Positions 8,691-15,968 of a DNA stretch of 32,777 bases are shown in pieces. The position numbers were made by a program, and so were the translations under genes. The notes under the pieces are model-generated. The model was given only the letters and a program-made list of their open reading frames with translations. It ran no database searches and had not been told where the DNA came from. Position 1 is the first letter of the stretch. Each line of letters opens with the position of its first letter. This stretch comes from a virus (taxonomy: Duplodnaviria > Caudoviricetes): positions 1 through 32,777 of the IMG/VR virus record IMGVR_UViG_3300020042_004977. One strand, written 5' to 3'.

Positions 8691-9449
8691 TTATTTTTTT
8701 AGATGTTCATAAACACATAGTTTTCTGAAGATATTGTCAATGATGACTTCTTCATCCCTTGTGATGTTTTCAAAATTGTTTGTCTTCATTCTCATAAAGT
8801 TCAAGTATGCTCTTTTGTCACCACCAAATAGTTCTGCTTCTCTTTTGAGTTCATTCTCTCTCATTCGTATTGCTTTTGCATACATTTCCACCTTCTGGTC
8901 ATCATCAATCTCAATGTATCCATAGTCATACATCCAGTCATACAAGTACATAGGCAACAACTTCAAGTTCACATCCTTCTTCTTCTTCCAGTCTTCAATC
9001 TCATTTTTCTTGTCTTCATCTGTAAGTCTTGGAATGTCAATTTCAATCACTGGTTGTTCTTCAACAATTTCCCTTGATATGTTAATCAACCACTTCTTGT
9101 ATCCATTCATGATTCTCATTAAGTATTCCAATGTGAATTGGTCATAAACCTTCACATCTTCCAGATGCAGTTCACCAGTGATGGCAAGTTCAAATGCCAG
9201 ATACAATTCATCAATCCTTTTGTGTCCAAAGTGTTTCTTGATAAATGTGATTATCATGTTGTCTTCAACCATTGTTGGGAAGTGTTGTGGACGAAGTCCA
9301 ATCACCATGTAGATAAGTGACAATTTTTCAATGATTTCTTGTGGTGTACAATCAATCAGTTTCTTTGACTTCAATGTTTGTAGAATTCCATCTTTGTGCA
9401 TATTCAATCCTTTTGTTGAATCTGTCTTCATTAGTTGGTTTAGTTTCAT
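8691..9449 (-). CDS. Replication-associated protein (possible helicase loader)
   Basis: Immediately downstream of the initiator; function inferred from position only. Confidence 0.5.
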   Translation of the reverse strand: MKLNQLMKTDSTKGLNMHKDGILQTLKSKKLIDCTPQEIIEKLSLIYMVIGLRPQHFPTMVEDNMIITFIKKHFGHKRIDELYLAFELAITGELHLEDVKVYDQFTLEYLMRIMNGYKKWLINISREIVEEQPVIEIDIPRLTDEDKKNEIEDWKKKKDVNLKLLPMYLYDWMYDYGYIEIDDDQKVEMYAKAIRMRENELKREAELFGGDKRAYLNFMRMKTNNFENITRDEEVIIDNIFRKLCVYEHLKK

Positions 9450-10104
9450 TTTTTGTGGTTTTTAATTTAAAGAATCCTTTCCAACCATTGCTGATGGATT
9501 GGTTGATGATTTGAATTGCAAGTTCACAATTTTTTTCTGATAAATTTGACAGACTTGTCAATGCAGACTTTTCAATTGATGCAGTTGCAAATTTGAATTT
9601 GTGTTGTTTGTGTTTGTATTCCTTCCAGTTTACCCATGCATCTACAAAGTCAGATGTGTTGAATGGTAGTTCAACACTACTATCTTTTATTTCCTTTACT
9701 TTAATTTCCTTTCCTTTCCTTTCCTTTATAGCATTGCCATCGCATTCTGGTCGCAATGCATTCGCATTATTCCATCTCTTACTTGCTGATTCTCTTGCTT
9801 TTATGCTTTTTATATCCCTATGATTTAGTCTCTTTTCTACTGATGCAGAATGGAAGTGATTGCCATCAATAATGAATAAGTCAAAATCATGTATAATGCT
9901 ATTAATTACATCAGTTTGCGTTCTATAATCTGTTGCAATGCGTTCATAATGCAGTCGCAATGCATTCGCATTATTGTATAGGTCTTCAATCAATCCCCAA
10001 TATATTCCATATCCAAGAAAACCATGATGATAGATTAGGTCTTTGATTTTGTCATCCATTCTGGTATTGTAGTCATGTGAGAAGTAGAATGTATTTTCTG
10101 CCAT
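9352..10104 (-). CDS. Replication initiator (DUF4373/Lin1244-like N-terminus)
   Basis: YFSHDYN.R.D.KI...GYGIYW.LIE.LY N-terminus, KERKGKEIK linker, C-terminal W..WKEYK...IINQSISNGWKG; internal DNA repeats. Confidence 0.8.
   Translation of the reverse strand: MAENTFYFSHDYNTRMDDKIKDLIYHHGFLGYGIYWGLIEDLYNNANALRLHYERIATDYRTQTDVINSIIHDFDLFIIDGNHFHSASVEKRLNHRDIKSIKARESASKRWNNANALRPECDGNAIKERKGKEIKVKEIKDSSVELPFNTSDFVDAWVNWKEYKHKQHKFKFATASIEKSALTSLSNLSEKNCELAIQIINQSISNGWKGFFKLKTTKNETKPTNEDRFNKRIEYAQRWNSTNIEVKETD
9750..9975. repeat. 22-bp direct repeat GTCGCAATGCATTCGCATTATT (9750-9771, 9954-9975) plus partial copies; candidate iterons/origin
   Basis: Exact repeat seen in the sequence, inside the initiator gene next to a TTTCC-rich tract, as in lambdoid origins. 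Confidence 0.7.
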
Positions 10105-10107
10105 TTT

Positions 10108-10515
10108 TTAATGTTTAAAATAAGATAATGTGTGATAGACATGAAGATGCAATTGTCTCAATTTGTCTTTGTATTCTGGTTCAGTGAATATCATATTGTC
10201 AATTGTGCGAAGTCCATGCATGATTGTTGTATGGTCTCTTCCACCAAGAATGATTCCTACATCTTGAAGTGTTAGATTCAAGAATGAATCATGGTACAAC
10301 ATGTCTGATATCATGTTCCTTGCATCAACCAGTCTCAAATGTCTTTTCTTTGATATCAAATCTTGCTTATCAATATGCAAGTATTGACAACTTATGTCAA
10401 TGACTTCAAATGTTGACAATCTTCTTGTTTGTACTTTAAAGTTGTGATTGTCACATGGTGTGCAGTACATATCTGGATGCATGTTTCTGATTGCATCATT
10501 GGTCTGGTAGTTCAT
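10108..10515 (-). CDS. DnaA C-terminal (domain IV)-like DNA-binding protein
   Basis: LISKKR...VDAR...LTLQDVG..LGGRDHTTIMHG. Confidence 0.85.
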   Translation of the reverse strand: MNYQTNDAIRNMHPDMYCTPCDNHNFKVQTRRLSTFEVIDISCQYLHIDKQDLISKKRHLRLVDARNMISDMLYHDSFLNLTLQDVGIILGGRDHTTIMHGLRTIDNMIFTEPEYKDKLRQLHLHVYHTLSYFKH

Positions 10516-10823
10516 ATTGACTTGATTTTGGTTCTGAAATCTTGTTCAAAGTCTTGTCTGTTCTTGTAGTTCTTTCCCCTTAATTCTGGATTTTGTTCTT
10601 GAATTTTTCTTCTGCACCTTGTGATGCATTCTGCTGATGGATATAAACCTTTTGAATAGTCACCAAGAAAGTTCATTGCTGAATAGTTCTGGTCCTTCCC
10701 ATTGGTCTGTATAACCTTGTAGTAGTAGTATGCAATAAGTTCATTGTCATTGTCTCTCATTGATTCATACTTTGTCAAGAATAACTTGATATTATCTTTT
10801 ATTGATGCTATTTGATTTATCAT
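10512..10823 (-). CDS. Hypothetical phage protein
   Basis: Likely start MINQ at 10823; ITRCRRKIQE..PELRG motif. Confidence 0.65.
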   Translation of the reverse strand: MINQIASIKDNIKLFLTKYESMRDNDNELIAYYYYKVIQTNGKDQNYSAMNFLGDYSKGLYPSAECITRCRRKIQEQNPELRGKNYKNRQDFEQDFRTKIKSI

Positions 10824-11007
10824 TTGTTTTTGGTTTAATGGTTGAAAGATTGTCCATGGTGGTGGCAAAAGAATTTCCCTTTTCAGATGTCACCAGTACT
10901 ACTGGATGATGGTCTGAATTAATGATTGAAATTCTTTCACCTTCTGCACCATAGATGGTTTTTCTATTGTAGGATATCACATCTGTTTTCAAGTACATCC
11001 AAATCAT
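10792..11007 (-). CDS. Hypothetical small beta-rich protein
   Basis: ATGA-coupled ORF. Confidence 0.55.
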   Translation of the reverse strand: MIWMYLKTDVISYNRKTIYGAEGERISIINSDHHPVVLVTSEKGNSFATTMDNLSTIKPKTNDKSNSINKR

Positions 11008-11474
11008 TTGGCAATGGTTACTTTTACTGAAGATGTAGATACTTTGATTGGTGGGAATAACTTGCAGACTTCACCACCATCCATGATGACATCCATTCCA
11101 GATACTGGAAGTGTTTTCAAGAATGTCTGTCTTTCTTTGATGGCATTCTCAATGTTCAGAAGTTGGTCATTCAATCTTACCAGTTCTGCATCACCACATG
11201 TCTGGTAGTCATACTTTGTTCCTACTTCAGCAAGTTCAATCTTTGTTCCAGATGATGTGGTGTGTGACTTGCCATACTTACTGACTTCTTCCCTTAAGTA
11301 GTCAATGTATGCTGGTGATGATTTAATCTCTTTTATGAGCATTTCTACTTTGGCAAATGCATCTGCCATTTCAATGACATTTCCAGTCTCCATCAAGTTG
11401 ATGATGGTCTGTTGTGCAATAATGCGAAGTTGTGTCTTGGTCACTTCATTGGTGACAATTGGTAGTTGATACAT
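11004..11474 (-). CDS. Hypothetical phage protein (recombination module)
   Basis: Likely start MYQLP at 11474 after an A-rich leader; directly downstream of ERF. Confidence 0.65.
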   Translation of the reverse strand: MYQLPIVTNEVTKTQLRIIAQQTIINLMETGNVIEMADAFAKVEMLIKEIKSSPAYIDYLREEVSKYGKSHTTSSGTKIELAEVGTKYDYQTCGDAELVRLNDQLLNIENAIKERQTFLKTLPVSGMDVIMDGGEVCKLFPPIKVSTSSVKVTIAK

Positions 11475-11493
11475 GATTTGGTTTTTATGGTTT

Positions 11494-12048
11494 TTAAGAT
11501 TGTTTTCCAGTAAGTAGTGATTCAATTTTCTTTGATACTTTGTAGTGTTGTCTAACCACATCAAGTGTGATTTCACCACTTCTTATCTTCTCCTTTGCTC
11601 TGTTGAATGCATCTGTATTGTCATTCAACCATGGAAGTTCCTTTTCTTCTGTTTTTTGTGATACATAACTGGATGCATTTGCATCATCATCTTCCATAAT
11701 ATTCAAAAGTAGGATGGCAGATATGGCATATCTTCTTTGATAAGTCAAAACAGAACCCCTTGATTGTGGGTCATCTTTAACTGGTTTCATCTCATAAGAT
11801 GATTCAATCCATTCACCAGATTCACCATGCATTAGTAGTGTGATTAGTGTTCTTTCCATTGTTGGAAATTGTGCAATTGATAAACCAGATTCCATCAATG
11901 GTTCTTTTATAGAATCCAAGATGTTTGATAATGAAGCATAGGTTGACTTAAAGAAGGGATTGTTTGCATCCTTCTTGATGGTTTCCACTTTGATGTGGAA
12001 TAGTGACAATGCCTTTGCAATGTTGGCAATTGATTCTGAATGTGTCAT
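11494..12048 (-). CDS. erf: ERF-family single-strand annealing protein
   Basis: KDANNPFFKSTYASL, L.HGESGEW, PQSRGSVLTYQRRYAI, EDDDAN. Confidence 0.9.
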   Translation of the reverse strand: MTHSESIANIAKALSLFHIKVETIKKDANNPFFKSTYASLSNILDSIKEPLMESGLSIAQFPTMERTLITLLMHGESGEWIESSYEMKPVKDDPQSRGSVLTYQRRYAISAILLLNIMEDDDANASSYVSQKTEEKELPWLNDNTDAFNRAKEKIRSGEITLDVVRQHYKVSKKIESLLTGKQS

Positions 12049-12172
12049 GATTTGATTTTTTGGTTTTGAAGTTTTTTGGTTTCAATCATAAGAAGTTCCC
12101 AGAATCTTCTTAATGATTCAATTTTGTTTTTTGTAGTAGGTGACTGCATAAACGATAATGATTAGTAAGACA

Positions 12173-12469
12173 TTAAATTGGAAGATTAGAAATTCCATTC
12201 ATTGCATTTTTAAGGTTTACCAATGCAGTTTCAAACTTGGTATAAAATAGTTCTGAATCAATCTCTTCGCATTCAAGAAGTTCAATGATATCCTTCTGTT
12301 GCCAGATAGATGTCTCATCATACTTTTGATGCATAATCAATGTGTTTGACACTTTGGTGATTCCGTTCCAGTCCAACTTGGTAAGTTGTGAACCCCATTT
12401 GCTTTTGAAATACTTTGGTACATCTACTGAAATGATTTCTTCTGTTGTTTTGTTGATTTTGAAGTCCAT
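12173..12469 (-). CDS. Hypothetical early protein
   Basis: ORF with an A-rich leader. Confidence 0.6.
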   Translation of the reverse strand: MDFKINKTTEEIISVDVPKYFKSKWGSQLTKLDWNGITKVSNTLIMHQKYDETSIWQQKDIIELLECEEIDSELFYTKFETALVNLKNAMNGISNLPI

Positions 12470-12500
12470 GATTTTTGGTTTTTGGTTTTATGGTTTAAAA

Positions 12501-12593
12501 TTAAAGTTTCCAGATGTTGTCTGCAAGACATACCAGTATGCAGATGATTACTATGATAAGTACTTGAATGTTGTCTTGGTTCTTATTGCTCAT
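12501..12593 (-). CDS. 30-aa single-TM peptide (below ORF-track cutoff)
   Basis: Hand translation MSNKNQDNIQVLIIVIICILVCLADNIWKL*; overlaps the upstream stop. Confidence 0.45.
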   Translation of the reverse strand: MSNKNQDNIQVLIIVIICILVCLADNIWKL

Positions 12594-12795
12594 TGTACTG
12601 GTTTAAAGATTGATAAAAATGGTTTCTTAAGTTCTCCTTACCATCACCAGTCAACAACTTCTCATTGACATAAAGTGTGATAGGTCTCTTTTTGGTTGCA
12701 GATGGTTTCCTTCCAGCATTAGGTCTTTGTCCACCCCTTCTTGGTGTGTAACCACCTATGCATCCAGATGCATCAAAGTGTAGTTCAGTGTTCAT
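12583..12795 (-). CDS. Small basic DNA-binding protein (RGGxRxxAGRK followed by a ribbon-helix-like part)
   Basis: Start MNTELH at 12795; RRGGQRPNAGRKP..KKRPITLYV. Confidence 0.65.
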   Translation of the reverse strand: MNTELHFDASGCIGGYTPRRGGQRPNAGRKPSATKKRPITLYVNEKLLTGDGKENLRNHFYQSLNQYNEQ

Positions 12796-12815
12796 GTTTG
12801 TTTTTTTAGTGTTTG

Positions 12816-12846
12816 TAAATGTATGATAAAAGTATGAATTAATCAA
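12816..12846 (-). promoter_or_regulatory. Bacteroidota-type promoter candidate
   Basis: Minus strand TTG-N20-TACATTTA versus consensus TTG-N19-21-TAnnTTTG; about 20 nt upstream of ATG 12795. Confidence 0.5.
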
Positions 12847-12848
12847 GT

Positions 12849-13067
12849 TTAACATTGAACAATTTTATTAATTAGTTCAGCATTCAAGTAGGTCAATTCA
12901 GCATTGTATTTTGTGATGCATTCTTCCAATGTTGTCTTGTCATTTACAATGCCAATGTTCCCAGATATTGCTGACCAAAGGTTGTTTCTTAATCTGATGA
13001 ATTCAACAATCACCTTGTTGCCTTTCTTCAATTTATAATGTCTTTCGTTTACTTGTATTAACTTCAT
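12849..13067 (-). CDS. Hypothetical early protein
   Basis: ORF with an A-rich leader. Confidence 0.6.
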   Translation of the reverse strand: MKLIQVNERHYKLKKGNKVIVEFIRLRNNLWSAISGNIGIVNDKTTLEECITKYNAELTYLNAELINKIVQC

Positions 13068-13096
13068 TTGATTGGTTTGATATGGTTTGAAAAAAA

Positions 13097-13120
13097 GCAG
13101 TTGAAAGGATACTGCACCCC
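13097..13120. repeat. 24-bp intergenic hairpin repeat, copy 1 (GCAGTTGAAAGGATACTGCACCCC)
   Basis: 23/24 identical to 13401-13424; GCAGT/ACTGC stem. Confidence 0.9.
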
Positions 13121-13128
13121 TTGGTGTT

Positions 13129-13368
13129 CTATTTCAATGATTGTTTGTACTTTGAATAGTTGATGTCTCTTTCCAGTTCTTCTTCTTCAATAAGATTCAA
13201 ACATCTTCTTTGTTCATCAATGGTCAATGTTCCTTTGTTTAGAAATTCAGTCCAGTATTCAATGTTGTTGATTGCTTCCTTGTACTTGTCATAAAGTTGG
13301 ATTGAATTGCAAACTTCAGTTTTTTTTCTGCTTAAGTTATAACTTGGTGTTGATTTGATAAATGGCAT
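13129..13368 (-). CDS. Hypothetical early protein flanked by the 24-bp repeats
   Basis: ORF with an A-rich leader. Confidence 0.6.
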   Translation of the reverse strand: MPFIKSTPSYNLSRKKTEVCNSIQLYDKYKEAINNIEYWTEFLNKGTLTIDEQRRCLNLIEEEELERDINYSKYKQSLK

Positions 13369-13400
13369 GGTTTTGATTTTTAAGTTTGATTTGTATGATT

Positions 13401-13424
13401 GCAGTTGGAAGGATACTGCACCCC
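13401..13424. repeat. 24-bp intergenic hairpin repeat, copy 2 (GCAGTTGGAAGGATACTGCACCCC)
   Basis: Same orientation as copy 1; 9 nt after the upstream stop codon. Confidence 0.9.
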
Positions 13425-13433
13425 TATGGTTAA

Positions 13434-13913
13434 TTAGAAATTGTAGTCATGGAATTTCTTTGGATTGTCACACATTTGGAATCTTCCATTTCCCCATCCT
13501 TTCTTCCCTTTTCTGATTCTTTCAACTGAATTATTTTCATTGCTTGTGTACTCATACTTCTGGTTGCTATTGTCTGCACAATGTGCAACAAATCCACCAA
13601 TGATAAATTCTTGTGGGAAAACAACTTGTACTGCATCCATCATTCTAACTTCAACACAATTTGCTGATATCACTCTGACAACTTCATAAGGATAAACATC
13701 TGAATATCCAATCTTATTGCAGTATTGACGGATTTTAGTTCTGAAGTATTGACCATTGTAGAATGACTTCAATCGGTCTTCAACTTTAAACATAAAAGAT
13801 ACAACTTCTTTAACTTCATTTCTGTCTTGTGTTGCAATATAATCCCACCATTCTTGAATAGTGATTGTATTGTTGTTCATTAATTTGTACATTGATTTGA
13901 TTGACTGGTTCAT
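13434..13913 (-). CDS. Hypothetical protein, first early gene
   Basis: GYSDVYPYEVVRVIS...FIIGGFVAHC.DN..QKY...KFHDYNF; follows the main intergenic region. Confidence 0.7.
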   Translation of the reverse strand: MNQSIKSMYKLMNNNTITIQEWWDYIATQDRNEVKEVVSFMFKVEDRLKSFYNGQYFRTKIRQYCNKIGYSDVYPYEVVRVISANCVEVRMMDAVQVVFPQEFIIGGFVAHCADNSNQKYEYTSNENNSVERIRKGKKGWGNGRFQMCDNPKKFHDYNF

Positions 13914-13959
13914 AATGATTTTTTTTAATGTTTTATTTGATTTGGTTTTGAATGATGAT

Positions 13960-14024
13960 GCAATCTACACCTTTATTTGATATAATCAAATAAATTTCAA
14001 ATAAATCTTTGCAACATTGTTGCA
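13960..14024 (-). promoter_or_regulatory. Main early promoter candidate overlapped by two palindromes
   Basis: TTTG-N19-TAGATTGC on the minus strand; inverted repeats TTTATTTGAT-ata-ATCAAATAAA (13972-13994) and TGCAACA-T-TGTTGCA (14010-14024). Confidence 0.55.
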
Positions 14025-14128
14025 TATTTTAAAGGAATGCAGTATTGACAATGGTTTCAGAAGAAAAAATATTTTTCCCAATCTTCACAATTTTCACATT
14101 TGGGAAAGAAAGTTGCCTAATTTATGAC

Positions 14129-14163
14129 AAAAAAAAATGCCAATGTATGGACATACATCGGCA
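14129..14163 (-). terminator. Rho-independent terminator after the endolysin
   Basis: Stem TGCCAATGTATG / CATACATCGGCA followed on the minus strand by a T-run. Confidence 0.75.
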
Positions 14164-14195
14164 AAAACCCTTCAAATCATTAAACTATTACAAAA

Positions 14196-14648
14196 CTAAT
14201 CTTTTTTGAAATACAATGCAACTTCAGCAGTCCTTCTGTTGGTAAGTCCTTTAAGAACCACCAGTTGACCATTCACCCTTGCCTTGTTCCACTTCATGAA
14301 TTCATCCTTTATTGTGGCATCATCTGGATTCACTTTGATTTTCTTCAATAGTGTTGACTTGTTGAATGCACCAATTCCAAGATTGTAGATGAAGGAAAGA
14401 CATGAATCAAACTGGTTCTGGTTCAACTTCAATCCATGCAATGCAATGGTCTTCTTGTTCAGTTCCCACATCAGCAGTTCTTCTGCTTGTGCTAATGTGA
14501 TGACATCACCCATCTTGATTTTTTTACCATCTTTGTACATGGTTGAACCCCAACCAATGGTGACTACGGATGCTGGACACAAATAACTTTTCAAGAAAAG
14601 TCCTTCATACTTCTTGACTAAATCAATGCAGTTCTTTGATGGTGTCAT
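14196..14648 (-). CDS. Endolysin, GH24 phage lysozyme
   Basis: YEGL.LKSYLCPASVVTIGWG (E-x8-C-x5-T triad), LNQNQFD...F.YNLG, GLTNRR.AE..LY. Confidence 0.92.
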   Translation of the reverse strand: MTPSKNCIDLVKKYEGLFLKSYLCPASVVTIGWGSTMYKDGKKIKMGDVITLAQAEELLMWELNKKTIALHGLKLNQNQFDSCLSFIYNLGIGAFNKSTLLKKIKVNPDDATIKDEFMKWNKARVNGQLVVLKGLTNRRTAEVALYFKKD

Positions 14649-15145
14649 AGTTTGTATTGTATAAGATTAACAATGATTGATATCAGCAATGCAATCACCA
14701 ACCACATCAACCACTTATTCTTTGCATCTACTTTCTTGGTCAACTTCTGGTTGTCATCTTTTGCCTTGTTCAACTGGTCCACACATGATTTCAACTGCAA
14801 CTGGTACTTCATAACTTCAGCAGAATCCTTGATTGACTTTTCAATGGTGATGTACTTCTTCTCATAGGCAATAACACTTGAACCTTCAATCAATTGTGTT
14901 CTTGATGAAGTCAACCATTGTGTATCCATTGGCATGTCAAACCAGTCTGGACATTTAAGTGTAATGTATTCCAGTTCTTTTGTCTCAATGGTGTCAATCC
15001 TTGTGGTGACACATGGAAGACTATCATTCAAGAATTTTGCAACTACTTCTGGATGGTGTTTGTATGCAGATTGTATCTTCTTTTCTGCCATCCTTGGTGT
15101 GTTGCATCCAACTAATAATGCCAATAAAACTATTTTAAATTTCAT
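14645..15145 (-). CDS. Putative unimolecular spanin
   Basis: N-terminal lipoprotein signal (LLVG-C), coiled coil and C-terminal TM helix; coupled to the endolysin. Confidence 0.65.
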   Translation of the reverse strand: MKFKIVLLALLVGCNTPRMAEKKIQSAYKHHPEVVAKFLNDSLPCVTTRIDTIETKELEYITLKCPDWFDMPMDTQWLTSSRTQLIEGSSVIAYEKKYITIEKSIKDSAEVMKYQLQLKSCVDQLNKAKDDNQKLTKKVDAKNKWLMWLVIALLISIIVNLIQYKL

Positions 15146-15216
15146 AGATAAAAATTAAGGTCAATGCAAATGCAATGACCATTAAAAGAATACATACAAC
15201 AAAGATTGTATCATCA

Positions 15217-15441
15217 TCATGCATCTTTCTTCAAGAATTGACCATTTGAATTTGTCAACAAGTTCTTCAAGATGTATCCCAATGCTGATGTCAATGCCAT
15301 TGTTCCAATTGCTTTCCAGTCAAAGTTCAATGAACCAGTTTCAATGGTATTGTACAAGATGGTGATGACTGCTGATAATACTGCAACAAGTAAACCCTTG
15401 ATGAAGTCCTTGTTGTCTAATGTAAAAATTGATGAATTCAT
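15217..15441 (-). CDS. Holin-like membrane protein
   Basis: Two TM helices, DFIKGL.VAV...YILKNLLT; lysis cassette. Confidence 0.7.
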   Translation of the reverse strand: MNSSIFTLDNKDFIKGLLVAVLSAVITILYNTIETGSLNFDWKAIGTMALTSALGYILKNLLTNSNGQFLKKDA

Positions 15442-15452
15442 ATTGCTTGTTT

Positions 15453-15665
15453 TTATTTGGTTTCCAAATGTATGATTCTTGTCTCATGGTTGTCAATGTC
15501 TGACTTAATACTATCAATATCTTTGTTGATTCCAACATTGGACATCAATATCTGTTCCATTTTCTTTTCAAATCTGTCCATTTTCTTGATGAAAATATTG
15601 GATACAAAACCAATCATGGCAAGTATTCCAGTCATCAACACATTTGTCAATTGTGCATTGTCCAT
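15453..15665 (-). CDS. Single-TM plus coiled-coil protein (holin/antiholin-like)
   Basis: N-terminal TM, C-terminal HETRI..LE; lysis cassette. Confidence 0.6.
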   Translation of the reverse strand: MDNAQLTNVLMTGILAMIGFVSNIFIKKMDRFEKKMEQILMSNVGINKDIDSIKSDIDNHETRIIHLETK

Positions 15666-15668
15666 TGT

Positions 15669-15959
15669 TTATATTTTATTAAATGAAGAATCTTTGATAA
15701 ATAAAGGTGAATGAGTCAAAACAAAGTCATCAATGACACTATCATCTTCACCCCAATTTTGAAGTACTGAATCTGGAATAATCATGATAAAGTGTTCATT
15801 CAAATCATGTGTTCCACCATCTTCATCTACATACAACAATGCACAATTAAGTTGTGCATCACTGATGTTTCTATTCAATGTCACATCCCAATAGATTGCA
15901 TTGCAATCATCTTCTTGTAGTAAACCAGTTTTGAAATTTTGGATTCTTAAGTAGTTCAT
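15669..15959 (-). CDS. Acidic protein downstream of the fibre gene (possible fibre chaperone)
   Basis: Position and WGEDDS.I motif; function inferred. Confidence 0.55.
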   Translation of the reverse strand: MNYLRIQNFKTGLLQEDDCNAIYWDVTLNRNISDAQLNCALLYVDEDGGTHDLNEHFIMIIPDSVLQNWGEDDSVIDDFVLTHSPLFIKDSSFNKI

Positions 15960-15968
15960 AGTTTGTTT

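Noticed and set aside
9691-9727. TTTCC microsatellite as a phase-variation tract
   Set aside because: Encodes the KERKGKEIK linker commonly seen in phage initiators.
13097-13424. Mini CRISPR array
   Set aside because: Only two copies, separated by 280 bp containing a gene; no cas genes.
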